A stretch of DNA of 60,837 bases, the filler included. It is 5 parts of 5 records of this genome, joined end to end, with 100 filler letters (N's around TTAATTAATTAA, not from the genome) between each part and the next. Parts side by side here need not be neighbours in the genome. Positions count along the whole stretch, not along the records: positions 29,218 to 51,367 come from DRR723986_9646; 4 more parts are not named here. One strand, written 5' to 3'. Shown piece after piece: positions 29,270 to 39,846 of the stretch. Position 1 is the first letter of the stretch; each line of letters begins with the position of its first letter. The notes below the pieces were generated by a model that did not search any database, had not been told where the DNA came from, and worked only from the letters and a program-made list of their open reading frames with translations. Both the position numbers and the translations under genes were made by a program.

Positions 29270-31669
29270 TCACGCCAGAATTTTCTTGGCCTTGTCGCTT
29301 GTAATTTGCTGGGCCCACACAAACTGGCGTGAATCATCTGCCGTCATCGGTCGAGCCAGGCCAAAACCTTGCAGTTCAAGCACACCCGACTCAATCAGGA
29401 AATCACGTTGCTCGGCGGTTTCAACGCCTTCAGCGACAACTCCCAAACCCAGTGCCTGAGCCATTGCCAACACAGTGCGAGACAGAATTACACTGTCGGT
29501 TTTGTTGGGCAGGTTGCTGACAAATGAGCGATCGAGCTTGATCGACTGAACCGGCATCCGGTGCAGTGTGGCCAGCGACGAATAACCCGTACCAAAGTCG
29601 TCAATCGACAAGGAAACCCCCAATTCATGCAAGCGGTTCAGGTCATGCAATACGGTTTCCTGATTCTGCATCAACACGGTTTCAGTCAACTCAAGTTCCA
29701 GCAGCCTGGGGGGCAATGCTGTTAGTTTAAGTACCTTTTCGACTGTGTCACAGAGTTTGCCATCCAGCAGCTGAATTCCCGATACATTCACCGAAATGCT
29801 AATGGGGTTCTTCAGTTTCTTGTTGGTGTCTTTCAGCCATTTGCAGGCTTTGCGCATCACCTGTTCACCCATCGGGATGATTAAACCGGTTTCCTCGGCA
29901 ATCGGAATGAACTGGGCCGGTGGAATCAATTCACCTGTGCGGGAACGCATCCGTGCCAGCGCTTCAACCGAACAAATGGAACCATTGGCGTTAAAGCGCG
30001 GCTGATAATGCAATTCGATTCGATCGTGCAAAATTGCATCATGTAGATCATTCTCAAGATCCACTTTGGTTTGCAGGGTTGCACTCATGTTGGCGTGGAA
30101 TACGCGCACCGTATTTTTGCCGGCTTGTTTGGCCTGGTACATCGCAATATCGGCGTGTTTCAGCAGGCCTTCCACATCGGTGGCGTCGGTGGGAAACAGG
30201 GCCACGCCGACCGAGGCACCCACATAAATTTTCTTTTCACCCAACTCAAACGGTTTTTTGCTGACTGCGTCCACGACCTTTCGGCCCACATTGAATGCGG
30301 TTTCCTGGTCGGCAATGTAGGGCAGGGTAATGACAAACTCATCGCCTGACAAACGGGCAACGATGTCTGAACTGCGCACCACGCTGCGCAGCCGTTTGGA
30401 CACGGCGATCAGCAAGTCATCGCCGCGGTCATGCCCAAGCGTGTCATTCACCGCCTTAAAGCCATCCAGGTCGATAAACAGCAAGCCCAGCTTGAAATCC
30501 TGAACCTGGTCATTGCCCAGTAGTTCTTGCAAAGTTTGCGACAGGGCCAAACGATTGGGCAGACCCGTCAATGGATCATGCGTGGCCTGATGCCGCATTT
30601 TGCTTTCATTGCGTTTAATGGAGCTGATGTCGGTGAAGAAAATCGAAATCAGTTCATCGCTTGGGTAGGCTTTCACTTGGTACCACATTTCGTTGGCAGG
30701 GTCCTGCCACTGGAATGTTTCAGGTTGCATGCTGCCTTTGGCCTGATTCACATATTTGAACAAAGGCGTTTTCTTCAAGTGGGGGGCACGTTCCCACACC
30801 ATACGACCCAGCAACAACGGCGCAGTTTTACCCAGAAGTTCAGCACCTTTTTCATTGAGGTAATTCACATAGCCATTCATGTCGATGGCGAAAAACGCAT
30901 CATCCATCGATTCAAGAATGTTGTTGATGCGTTCTTCACTTTTTAACAACGCTTCTTCAAGATGAATATTGCTTGAGCGCCCAATCAGCAGTATGTCTGC
31001 GCCGATGCAGGCCGCCGTCCAGTCGAAGTACACCACATCGTTGAATGTGTTGCGCAGGCGGAAGGAGCCGTCGGTAGAGCCTGTCTGGTATTTTACCTGG
31101 TCGAGCAGTCGCTTGAATTGACCCACATCGGTGCGAAACACCAGGTTGGACGCGTCCAGGTTTTCCAGTTGCTCGCTGCTTTGTCCCAAAAACTCTTCCA
31201 GTGAGGGGCTCAGTTTCTTGATGCGCCCCTTGTCGTCGACATTTAGCAACACACTGTTGGGAATTTTTTTGTCGATGCTGTCGGAGAAATCGGAGCGTTG
31301 TTCCGGTGTATTGACCGCAGACACGGCGGGTGTGGACAGTTGGGTGTTTTTTGCGTCGTGTTCCTGAATCACTCCAAACTCGCCGTGCGCCAGCATTTGT
31401 AAACGCAACCACTGCGAGTTGACTTTGACATGACCTGTCCAGCCTTGTTGCCGGTGCAATGCATTCGAAAGAGCTCGATAAATGGCCATGCCGTAGCGAT
31501 TCACAATCAGTTCGCTGCCCGATTTGAATCCCAGCTCTTGTCGGAATAATTTGCTGGCTGCGATGAGGCTTAATTCCTCGTTAACATGACCCAGCAGGGC
31601 ATAACGCGAGGTGCCGCTGTCCAGTAGCTCATTGATCAGCGGATCATCAAGAACATTGCTCAGGCTCAT
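29270..31669 (-). CDS. PAS-PAS-GGDEF-EAL c-di-GMP protein
   Basis: DLDGFKAVNDTLGH, RLSGDEF, EALAR, DDFGTGYSS, EGVET. Confidence 0.93.
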   Translation of the reverse strand: MSLSNVLDDPLINELLDSGTSRYALLGHVNEELSLIAASKLFRQELGFKSGSELIVNRYGMAIYRALSNALHRQQGWTGHVKVNSQWLRLQMLAHGEFGVIQEHDAKNTQLSTPAVSAVNTPEQRSDFSDSIDKKIPNSVLLNVDDKGRIKKLSPSLEEFLGQSSEQLENLDASNLVFRTDVGQFKRLLDQVKYQTGSTDGSFRLRNTFNDVVYFDWTAACIGADILLIGRSSNIHLEEALLKSEERINNILESMDDAFFAIDMNGYVNYLNEKGAELLGKTAPLLLGRMVWERAPHLKKTPLFKYVNQAKGSMQPETFQWQDPANEMWYQVKAYPSDELISIFFTDISSIKRNESKMRHQATHDPLTGLPNRLALSQTLQELLGNDQVQDFKLGLLFIDLDGFKAVNDTLGHDRGDDLLIAVSKRLRSVVRSSDIVARLSGDEFVITLPYIADQETAFNVGRKVVDAVSKKPFELGEKKIYVGASVGVALFPTDATDVEGLLKHADIAMYQAKQAGKNTVRVFHANMSATLQTKVDLENDLHDAILHDRIELHYQPRFNANGSICSVEALARMRSRTGELIPPAQFIPIAEETGLIIPMGEQVMRKACKWLKDTNKKLKNPISISVNVSGIQLLDGKLCDTVEKVLKLTALPPRLLELELTETVLMQNQETVLHDLNRLHELGVSLSIDDFGTGYSSLATLHRMPVQSIKLDRSFVSNLPNKTDSVILSRTVLAMAQALGLGVVAEGVETAEQRDFLIESGVLELQGFGLARPMTADDSRQFVWAQQITSDKAKKILA

Positions 31670-33090
31670 ACATCGAACCTCGAGAGCCGTTTTTCCATTT
31701 CGCGCATCAACTCATCGGAGCGCAATATGGTTTGTACCGTGCTGGCCAACGTTCGGAAGGCGCTTTCCGTGCGCGCTTGCATCCCTTCCATGGCACCCAG
31801 CACTTCCCAACCCTGACGTTGATTGCCATGACCATTTTCTACCCACTGATGTGTGGCACGGTCAATGGATACCAACTGGTTCTCAATGGCGCTCAAGCCG
31901 CTTTTCAGCACATCCATCCGGGCCATGAAGCCGTTGGTGCGTTCGTTCAGATTGTCCAGCGTACCCAAGGTCGCTTGCACCTGCTGTGCTACAGCAGGAG
32001 ACAGTTCTTTTTGAAACTCCTTGTGCAGGGCCTGCATCTGTTGACTGGAATCAAAAGCCTGTTTGCTGATGCGTTGTAATTGTTCCAGGGATTGGTTCAG
32101 TTCATTGAGCAGATCAAAACTGTCTTCGGTGACTTTCTTGGACAGCTCAGCAGTGCTTTGTCCCATGCGGGTTTGGTTGCCCAGGCTTTGAACGAAATCG
32201 CGCAGCTTTTTGGAAGCCTGTGAGCTGTCTTCCATTTGTTGTGTATTGCCTGCGCCCAGTTCTTTCGCAATTTGCGAAAGCTCTCGAATGTCTGTCCGAA
32301 GCATTTTGAATGCTGCGACGACAAAAGCCATGTTGTCTGCATAATCGTTGAAGACCTGCCCCATCGGGGACATGCGACCACGCTCATCGGTTTGTGCGCG
32401 TACCCGCAGGTTAATACCCTTTTCCTTGTCCAGATAGGCTAACAGTTTGGCGCCTTCTTCTGCGGCCAAAGCATGTTGGCGAAGCGTTTGCGCGATGACT
32501 GAGAGCAGCAATACAGCCACAGCCACGTAAAAGCCGTGAAGAGCCACTGCGGGCATGCCCGAAAATGGACCGCGGAAGATGTAGCATTCAAAACCCGCCT
32601 GCTGCAGCATGTCGAACACAATGTGATGGATCACGATAAACAAGCCCATGCTGAGCAAGGGGCGAGTGTCCCGGTAAGCCAGCATCACTGGCAACAACAT
32701 GAAAAAGCTGAAGTGATACTCAAGCAGTCCGCGTGCCAGGTGCACGTGCAGTGCGCCCATGCCCACCAGCAGTGCGGCGTTGATGTGCATGGTCAAAGGC
32801 TGTCCCGCGTGCCAGCGTGTAATCGCCAGGCTGCTCAGAAAAAGCGGAATTCCCCAGCCCAGCGCTTGGGCCAAATTGTTGTAGGCCAGCCCTTCGAGGG
32901 TGGCAAACACCAGGCAGGCAAAACTGACGATCACGCACAGCCAGTCGGCGTTGATCCGGATTGAGGCAAAGTCAGTGGCGTTGGGCGCTGCGCCGGACAG
33001 TTTGCTTAGAAAAGTAAAGAAGCCGTGGGAGGGTAGCTGCACCGGAGCGTGGGAAGCTTGTTGGTTCAGGGCCGAGTGCTGGGCGTGCAT
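31666..33090 (-). CDS. Multi-TM His-rich membrane sensor with chemoreceptor-like coiled coil (atypical MCP)
   Basis: About six TM helices with EYHFSFF, YRD and HH motifs, HAMP-like linker, long heptad region; canonical MCP tip absent; ATGA overlap with the GGDEF-EAL gene. Confidence 0.65.
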   Translation of the reverse strand: MHAQHSALNQQASHAPVQLPSHGFFTFLSKLSGAAPNATDFASIRINADWLCVIVSFACLVFATLEGLAYNNLAQALGWGIPLFLSSLAITRWHAGQPLTMHINAALLVGMGALHVHLARGLLEYHFSFFMLLPVMLAYRDTRPLLSMGLFIVIHHIVFDMLQQAGFECYIFRGPFSGMPAVALHGFYVAVAVLLLSVIAQTLRQHALAAEEGAKLLAYLDKEKGINLRVRAQTDERGRMSPMGQVFNDYADNMAFVVAAFKMLRTDIRELSQIAKELGAGNTQQMEDSSQASKKLRDFVQSLGNQTRMGQSTAELSKKVTEDSFDLLNELNQSLEQLQRISKQAFDSSQQMQALHKEFQKELSPAVAQQVQATLGTLDNLNERTNGFMARMDVLKSGLSAIENQLVSIDRATHQWVENGHGNQRQGWEVLGAMEGMQARTESAFRTLASTVQTILRSDELMREMEKRLSRFDV

Positions 33091-33095
33091 GGTGA

Positions 33096-33136
33096 ATTCT
33101 CGAATGTAACTTTGTCCAAATGTTAAATTCGAGAAT
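33096..33136. promoter_or_regulatory. Long inverted repeat over the ribosome-binding region of the MCP-like gene
   Basis: ATTCTCGAAT-g-TAAC-TTTG-tc-CAAA-t-GTTA-a-ATTCGAGAAT. Confidence 0.5.
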
Positions 33137-33187
33137 ACTGGAAGTCATTTGTAATCAATCACCTGAATAGAGTGGATTTTCACCCCT

Positions 33188-34219
33188 TCAGAATCGTTCT
33201 TCGGGTGTCAGCAAACGCCACTGGCCCACCGGCAGGTCGCCCAGCATCACTCGACCAATCCGGACACGTTTCAAGCCCACCACTTTCAGGCCGACGATTT
33301 CACACATTCGGCGAATTTGCCGCTTTTTGCCTTCGTTCAAAATGAAGCGAAGCTGGTCCTCGTTTTGCCAACTGACGCGTGCGGGTTTGAGCGCTTCGCC
33401 GTCAAGGCTAAGGCCATAACGCAGCATTTCAAGTCCACGATCAGTCAGTTCACCTTCGACTCGCACCAGGTACTCTTTTTCCACGGTGCTGTTGGCATCG
33501 ATCAATTGTTTGGCGATTCGTCCATCTTGGGTCAACACCAACAAGCCAGTGGAGTCGATGTCAAGTCGCCCTGCTGGTGCAAGGCCTTTGAGCATGGCGG
33601 GCTGAAATGGAGTCGATGTTTTCCGGTCGGCCTGATTCTCAAGGCTTAAGCATTCCATGGCGGCTTTGTACCGGCCCTCGGGTTGCCCTGAAACCACACC
33701 GATTGGCTTGTGGTAAAGAATGGTGACCTGCTTGCCGAGTACATTTTTTGCGCGTGCATCCAGGTCAATCGTGACAGTGGGCAGCACCTTGGCCCCCAGC
33801 TCGTCAACCACTTTTCCATTGACGCGCACCCAACCGTTTTCAATCAGGTAATCTGCTTCGCGGCGCGAACAAAGACCTTTCGCAGCCATGATTTTGCTAA
33901 GGCGTTGTGGTTCAAACGGGTCGAGCATGTCCAGTGTGTTTGTGCCGGTGACCTTGCTGCGGCGAGGCCGTGCAGCACCGGCAGCCGGGGCCACAGGGGC
34001 GCTGCGCATGGCTGCACGGTTGCGGTCGGGCTTGGCGGCAGGTTTTGTCAGGGTAGTTGCTGCTTTGCCTGTTGCGCTGCCGGGCCTGCCACGTCCCGCT
34101 GCTGCTGGTTTGGCGGGGGTGGCTGTTTTGTTGCGGTTACTGGGGCGTGCCGGTGGACCGGAACGCCCTGAGTCGCCAGTGCGGCCTGCACTACTGTTGC
34201 GGCCTGCGGGTTTTTTCAT
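33188..34219 (-). CDS. rRNA pseudouridine synthase (RsuA/RluB/RluF family) with basic disordered N-terminus
   Basis: S4 domain (RLSKIMA..GLCSRREAD), GRLDIDSTGLL, EGKKRQIRRM. Confidence 0.92.
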   Translation of the reverse strand: MKKPAGRNSSAGRTGDSGRSGPPARPSNRNKTATPAKPAAAGRGRPGSATGKAATTLTKPAAKPDRNRAAMRSAPVAPAAGAARPRRSKVTGTNTLDMLDPFEPQRLSKIMAAKGLCSRREADYLIENGWVRVNGKVVDELGAKVLPTVTIDLDARAKNVLGKQVTILYHKPIGVVSGQPEGRYKAAMECLSLENQADRKTSTPFQPAMLKGLAPAGRLDIDSTGLLVLTQDGRIAKQLIDANSTVEKEYLVRVEGELTDRGLEMLRYGLSLDGEALKPARVSWQNEDQLRFILNEGKKRQIRRMCEIVGLKVVGLKRVRIGRVMLGDLPVGQWRLLTPEERF

Positions 34220-34277
34220 GATTTCACGGTGTCCTTGTGCATTGAGGCCGTATTGTAGGTGAAATCAATGGCTTAGG

Positions 34278-37200
34278 CTATGTCCTCTGCAGGTCGGGTG
34301 GCAACAGTTTGTATAGCACCGGCGTCACCAGGCGACCGATGAAGGTTGAAGAAATCAGGCCGCCAATAATGACCCAAGCCATGGGCGAGTAGAGCCCGCC
34401 ACCCTGCAAGGCCAGAGGCAGCAAGCCACCCACGGCAGTGGCGCTGGTCAGCAAAATCGGCAGGAAACGGATTCGACCTGCTTCTTCAATGGACTCATCA
34501 AGACCCTTGCCCTCTTCGCGCAACTGGTTGGTGAAGTCCACCAGCAAAATCGAGTTCTTGATTTCAATACCGATCAGCGCAATGAAGCCAATCATCGCGG
34601 TGAAACTGAGTGAGTTCCCGGTGAGGAACAGCATGACCATCCCACCGGTAACACCCAATGGAATCACGAACAGCACAATCAGTGTGCTTTTAAAGCTGCC
34701 AAATTCCAGCACAAGAATAGCCAGAATGCCGAATATGGTAATCAGGATCGCGGTGCCAAATCCTGCAAAGCTTTCCTGTCGGCTCTTCACTTCGCCAGCC
34801 ATTTTGTAACGGTAACCCGTGGGCAAGCCCATCTCGTCGATCTGCTTGGCAATTTCATTGCTGACCTTTTCCGTGTTGTACCCGGTGCGGGTGTAGGCAG
34901 TCAGCAAAACAGCACGCTCGCGGTCAAAGCGGTAAATGCTGTTCAGGTTGTCATCGAGTTCAAGCGTGGTGAGTTGAGTCAGTGGCACGGCTTGTCCGGT
35001 GCGTGAAATCACATGAAAGTCGTCGAGCGCACTCAAGCTGCTGCGTACACCTGCAGGGCCACGCACGCTGATTGTGTATGCGTCGCCGTTGCTCTGGCGA
35101 ATTTCACCTGCAAATGCGCCTGCAATCGCCAGCCGCACTGCCTGGTCCAGCTCGGCCGAATTCACGCCCAGCAAACCTGCTTTTTCAAAATTCACTTTTA
35201 ATCGAAGGTCACTGCGCCCAGTACGCTGAGGGTTGTCCACGTTTTGCGTACCAGGGTGGGCCAGCATGATGCGCTCCACCTGTGCGGACAATTCGCGCAG
35301 AGTCTCAATTTCGGGCCCAACCAAGCGAATGCCAATCGGCGCATCGATGGGCGGTCCATTTTCAAACTCGCGTACGATCAGGTTGGCCCCTGCAATTGTT
35401 TTCAATTCGTTGCGAATGTTGTCGAGCAGCTTCGGCGTGTCGTCGTTGTACTCCTTGAGTTGCACGAAAAGCTCACCCACATTCGATTGTTTGTCTTGTT
35501 GGAACACGTTGTAATAGATTTGCGGATTGCCTTCACCCACGGTGGCCATGACTGCAGTAATCTCGTCGAATTCACTGAGTTTGTTTTCCACCTGTTTCAC
35601 CACAGAGTCGGTGGCGGTCAAGCTGGAGCCTGGAGGCAAACCTACCTCGATGACAAACTGCGGTGTATTGGCTTTGGGGAACAGCGACATGCCCATGAGT
35701 GGCGCCAAACCCAGGCTGGCCACGAACAACACCAGCGATGCAGCCACCACGGTTTTTGGGGTTTGCAAAGCGCGGTGCAGCAGCGGGGTGTAAATTTTGT
35801 CGATTAGCCCCATGAGTTTCTGAAGCACGATATTGCCGTGTTCGTTTTCTTCTTTTTTCAGCACACGACTGGCCAAAAACGGAATAATGGTCAAAGCAAC
35901 AAACAGCGATGCAATCACTGTAAACACCACAGCCACGGGCAGTGAACGAATGAATTTCCCAGCGTTGTCTGGAAGCATCAAGAGGGGCAGGAAGGCGAAC
36001 AGCAAAGTTGCGGTACAGCCCAAAACAGCCAGCGAAATTTGCTTGGTGGCCAAACGTGCAGCATCGATGCGGTTGTAGCCCATGCGCAGGTAACGTGAAA
36101 TGTTTTCAATCACCACGATTGAATCATCGACCAACAGGCCCAAGGCAACCACCAGACCTGCAATGGAAAGCTGGTTCAGCGAAAAGCCTGCATAGTACAA
36201 ACAGGCTAAGCCTGTGAGCAGCGAAAGCGGTACGCTGACCATCACAATACCCGAGGCCCGCAAACCCAAAGGCAAGAGCGTAATCAGCACCAGCGTGACA
36301 GCCAGGGCAAAGTCAAAGGTCAGGCGATCAATCCGCTTCTCCACGTTTTTGTACTGCTCAAATCCGCGTTCGAGTTTGATGTTCGGGGGCAGCGTTTTCT
36401 CGAACTCGTCCGCGGTCTCCTGCAAGGCTTTCTGGGTCACAAAAATATTGCGTTCATCTTTCTGGTTGGCTGTGACAAACACCGCACGCTGACCATTGAA
36501 TCGGGCCATCACCTCCTGGTTTTCATAGTCCCATTGCACATCGGCCACATCGCCCACTCGAATCAAGCGACCGCCCAGATCACCACCTGTGCCTGTGCCC
36601 GCAATCACCGTGTTTCTGATTTCTTCAACGCTACGGTACTGACCGGAAGTTTGCACGTTCAAACGACGTGCGCCTTCTTCAACGGGTCCCCCGGGGATAT
36701 TCAGTGATTCACCCTGTATGACACGCGCTACATCGGCAGCTTGTATACCCAATTCTGCAAGCTTCTTAAAGTTCAGGCTGACCCGCACTTGTTGCTCTGG
36801 GTAGGCCCAGCTTTCGCTTTCACGCACCGATGAAATGCGCTCGAACGCCTCGGAAAGGTCTTCAGCGTAATTGGCCAAATCAGCATAGCTCGCTGTTTCC
36901 GACACCAGTGAGTACTGAATGATGTTGGTGAAGCCAGGGTTGATTCGTTCAATTTCCAGTTTTTGTATGCCCGCAGGTAGCTGGTCTCGAATGCTGTTGA
37001 GTTCCCGGTTTACTTCATCGAACTTTTTATCAACATCGACTTCCGCATCGAAACGCACAAATACCACACCGCCACTGTTACGGGATGTTGAAAGCATTTC
37101 TTTCAGGTCATCCAGGCTGCGCAGTGCATCCTCAATTGGCTTGGCCACCTGTTGTTCCATCTCGCGTGGGTCAGCGCCCGGATAGATGACATTGATGCGG

Positions 37201-37334
37201 AATGCGCTGATGTCGAAGTAGGGGTCTTCGGTTCTGGGAATGTTTTGATACGCGCTGATACCGATGGCCGTCAGCAGGAAAAAGATCACCAGCGTGAACT
37301 GGTAATTCTTGATGGAAAAGTCCGAGAGTTTCAT
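34278..37334 (-). CDS. RND efflux transporter permease
   Basis: 1018 aa, GLLVDDSIVVIENI, KNSILLVDF, RFLPILLT. Confidence 0.95.
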   Translation of the reverse strand: MKLSDFSIKNYQFTLVIFFLLTAIGISAYQNIPRTEDPYFDISAFRINVIYPGADPREMEQQVAKPIEDALRSLDDLKEMLSTSRNSGGVVFVRFDAEVDVDKKFDEVNRELNSIRDQLPAGIQKLEIERINPGFTNIIQYSLVSETASYADLANYAEDLSEAFERISSVRESESWAYPEQQVRVSLNFKKLAELGIQAADVARVIQGESLNIPGGPVEEGARRLNVQTSGQYRSVEEIRNTVIAGTGTGGDLGGRLIRVGDVADVQWDYENQEVMARFNGQRAVFVTANQKDERNIFVTQKALQETADEFEKTLPPNIKLERGFEQYKNVEKRIDRLTFDFALAVTLVLITLLPLGLRASGIVMVSVPLSLLTGLACLYYAGFSLNQLSIAGLVVALGLLVDDSIVVIENISRYLRMGYNRIDAARLATKQISLAVLGCTATLLFAFLPLLMLPDNAGKFIRSLPVAVVFTVIASLFVALTIIPFLASRVLKKEENEHGNIVLQKLMGLIDKIYTPLLHRALQTPKTVVAASLVLFVASLGLAPLMGMSLFPKANTPQFVIEVGLPPGSSLTATDSVVKQVENKLSEFDEITAVMATVGEGNPQIYYNVFQQDKQSNVGELFVQLKEYNDDTPKLLDNIRNELKTIAGANLIVREFENGPPIDAPIGIRLVGPEIETLRELSAQVERIMLAHPGTQNVDNPQRTGRSDLRLKVNFEKAGLLGVNSAELDQAVRLAIAGAFAGEIRQSNGDAYTISVRGPAGVRSSLSALDDFHVISRTGQAVPLTQLTTLELDDNLNSIYRFDRERAVLLTAYTRTGYNTEKVSNEIAKQIDEMGLPTGYRYKMAGEVKSRQESFAGFGTAILITIFGILAILVLEFGSFKSTLIVLFVIPLGVTGGMVMLFLTGNSLSFTAMIGFIALIGIEIKNSILLVDFTNQLREEGKGLDESIEEAGRIRFLPILLTSATAVGGLLPLALQGGGLYSPMAWVIIGGLISSTFIGRLVTPVLYKLLPPDLQRT

Positions 37335-37339
37335 CTGGA

Positions 37340-38386
37340 TTACTCCTGAACTTTCACGGTTTCACCGTCTTGGAGGTAGGCGGCGCCTGTGCTTACCACG
37401 CGTGTGCCCTCAGCCAGTTGGTCGACCAATGCAATTCGGTCGCCTTGTATAAAGGCCACAGCCACAGTTTGACGTTTCACGGTGTTGTCAGTTTGTACTG
37501 TGTAAATCCAGGCTGCCTTGTTGTCGCCTTCCACGACGGCTTCAATCGGTACGTAGCTGCGAGTTCCATTGAAATTGTTGGGCTCGATGTGGGTACGACC
37601 TTGCATACCGGACAGCAGGTTGAGGTTTTCATGCGCACTGGTATTGACCTCAACCAGTACCCCGTAGGTGCCTGTGGCCGGGTCTGCAGCCTGACTAAGT
37701 TCAATCACCTTACCGGGCCACTTCACGCCCGGCAGGGCATCGAATTGCACTTCAGCTTTTGCGCCGAGCTGGATGTGAACCGCTTGCCTGTCTGCAAGGC
37801 TTGCTTTCATGACAAAGCCACTGCTTTTACTGCCGAGCAGCAAGATCGGCTGGCCGGGAGATACGACCTCACCAGTTTGCGCAAAACGCTTGAGCACAAC
37901 ACCATTGGCCTGGGCTTGAATTTCTGCAGTTTGGCTTGCAAATTGAGCTTGACTCAATTGTGCGCGTGCCGCTTGTGCGGCAGTTTCAAGGTTGTCGAGC
38001 TGTACTTTTGAAATCACTTCCTGTTCACGCAATAATTTGCCACGTTGCAAATCGCGTTGGGCTTTCTCAAAACCTGCGCTGGCTTGGCTCACAGCTGCGT
38101 TGACGTCTTGTTTGTTCAGCGAAGCCAGCCGCTGGCCTTTCTCCACGGTTTCGCCTTCACGCACATTGATGCGTTCGATCACGCCACCCACTTTGAAACT
38201 CAACCGTGTTTCATCCCGAAAGGCGCCAATGCCAGGTACTTCAATCAAGCTGGCTGCAGGGCCGCTCTGTACGGCTTCGGTTTTCACCAAACGGTATTCC
38301 ACCGGGGGTGCTTCCTCAGGAGTCGCCGGGCCACAGGCTGCCAGCACCAATAGGGAGAGGGTTGAAAAAACGAGTGCGGGTTTCAT
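37340..38386 (-). CDS. RND periplasmic adaptor (MFP) lipoprotein
   Basis: Lipobox LAAC; LSFKVGGVI..INVREGETVEKGQ.LA lipoyl-like motif. Confidence 0.92.
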   Translation of the reverse strand: MKPALVFSTLSLLVLAACGPATPEEAPPVEYRLVKTEAVQSGPAASLIEVPGIGAFRDETRLSFKVGGVIERINVREGETVEKGQRLASLNKQDVNAAVSQASAGFEKAQRDLQRGKLLREQEVISKVQLDNLETAAQAARAQLSQAQFASQTAEIQAQANGVVLKRFAQTGEVVSPGQPILLLGSKSSGFVMKASLADRQAVHIQLGAKAEVQFDALPGVKWPGKVIELSQAADPATGTYGVLVEVNTSAHENLNLLSGMQGRTHIEPNNFNGTRSYVPIEAVVEGDNKAAWIYTVQTDNTVKRQTVAVAFIQGDRIALVDQLAEGTRVVSTGAAYLQDGETVKVQE

Positions 38387-39846
38387 GGTTGAGCTCCTTC
38401 CTGTGGGCTTGGCTCGGGAATGTTTCGGTTGTTGTACTGCCAGACTGCATGGTCGATTCGGGCCTGATACACGGCAGTGACCAAGCCCAAACGTGCACGT
38501 GTTGCATTTTGTTCGGCACTTAAAAATTCAACTTGGGTCGTTTCGCCGGCATCGCGTTTGCGTTCATTGATCCGCAGGCTTTCTTCTGAGGCGGCTTGTT
38601 GGGCCATGCGCGCCTGGATGCTGTCCAGCGACACCAGCAGGTTTTCCCTGGATTGAAGTTTGGCCAGTTGCAGCTGCCGGTTCACTTGTCGCGCACGTGC
38701 TTCCAGAGCCTGCACCTGCGCTTGGTTGCGCGCCACTTCACTGCTGCGAATTCCGGCGTCTGCGAGGGTCCAGTTCAACACCACCGATGCACTGGCAAAT
38801 CCGGTGTTTGGGCCAGTGTTGTAGTCGCGTCCCTGGTAGCCGCCTTCAATTGAGTAGCCCAATGTTGGTTTGTAAGTTGCACGACTGGCATCCAGTTGGG
38901 CGCGTTGGGCGGCCAGGCTTCGCTCAAGCCGGGTGAGGGCGGGCGCTGCTGTGTTGCCCAGTGTTTTTGGTGTGAGTTGGTCCAGCAATGTTTGTATGGC
39001 ACCTGGGCTAAGGTCTTCTTGTGGAAGTTCTACCGGGCTGTCGTTGGGTGCATAGCGCAGCAGGTTGAAATATTCTTTGGCCAGTAAGGCCTGCGTTTGA
39101 GCCTGGCGCAAGGCCACTTGGACCTCAAGGGATTCGGCTTCGGCACGCTTGGGTGCGTCCAATGTCGTTTCCCCAGCCTTGTTAAGCACTGTGTTGATAC
39201 GCTCGTTCTCTTTCAGTGTTCGCAGACTGGCCTCAAGAATCGAGATTCGGGCCTTGGCTTGTGCATATTGCCAATAGGCGGTGTGCAGGTCGCGTACCAA
39301 TTCCTCTTTCACTTGCAGCTGAGCGGCCTCCTGGGCACCCACTGCCTGGGTTTGTGCTTGCAGTTGCTGGTCCAGAACAGGTTCGTAAATCGGGCCGCGT
39401 ACCACCAGCCGGGTGTCTTGCTCGGTCGGGCGTAACAGGGGAATGGACTGGTTTTCCACTGTGGGAAAACGGGGCGGTTGACCTGGGGCTGCGGTTAGTG
39501 AATTTAATGTTGTATACACGGGGTTGAGCAAATCACCTGCCGGGAAATCAATGGTGCGCCCGCCTTCGGCCACGCTGGCCCGAGCTTGCAGTGCCAGGCT
39601 GGGATAAAAACGTGCGCGTAAATTTTCTAGTCGCTGGCGTTCAGCTTCCACTTCGAAGCTGGCTTGTGCCAAGGCTGGGTTGTTGGTCATCGCCTGGTCG
39701 AGGTAATCGTCCAGTGGTGTGCCCGCTTGGCTGGAATGTTGAATTTGAATGGCCATCAACAGCAATGCAGCCATTAGACGCCTGTCAAACCAAGTGTAAA
39801 AAAAAGCGCCCCTTGGTCGGGCGCCTGCGTGATTGTGCGAGATCAT
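38383..39846 (-). CDS. TolC family outer membrane efflux protein
   Basis: AMTNNPAL, ARFYPSL, helical OEP repeats; start at 39846 overlaps the TetR stop (ATGA). Confidence 0.88.
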   Translation of the reverse strand: MISHNHAGARPRGAFFYTWFDRRLMAALLLMAIQIQHSSQAGTPLDDYLDQAMTNNPALAQASFEVEAERQRLENLRARFYPSLALQARASVAEGGRTIDFPAGDLLNPVYTTLNSLTAAPGQPPRFPTVENQSIPLLRPTEQDTRLVVRGPIYEPVLDQQLQAQTQAVGAQEAAQLQVKEELVRDLHTAYWQYAQAKARISILEASLRTLKENERINTVLNKAGETTLDAPKRAEAESLEVQVALRQAQTQALLAKEYFNLLRYAPNDSPVELPQEDLSPGAIQTLLDQLTPKTLGNTAAPALTRLERSLAAQRAQLDASRATYKPTLGYSIEGGYQGRDYNTGPNTGFASASVVLNWTLADAGIRSSEVARNQAQVQALEARARQVNRQLQLAKLQSRENLLVSLDSIQARMAQQAASEESLRINERKRDAGETTQVEFLSAEQNATRARLGLVTAVYQARIDHAVWQYNNRNIPEPSPQEGAQP

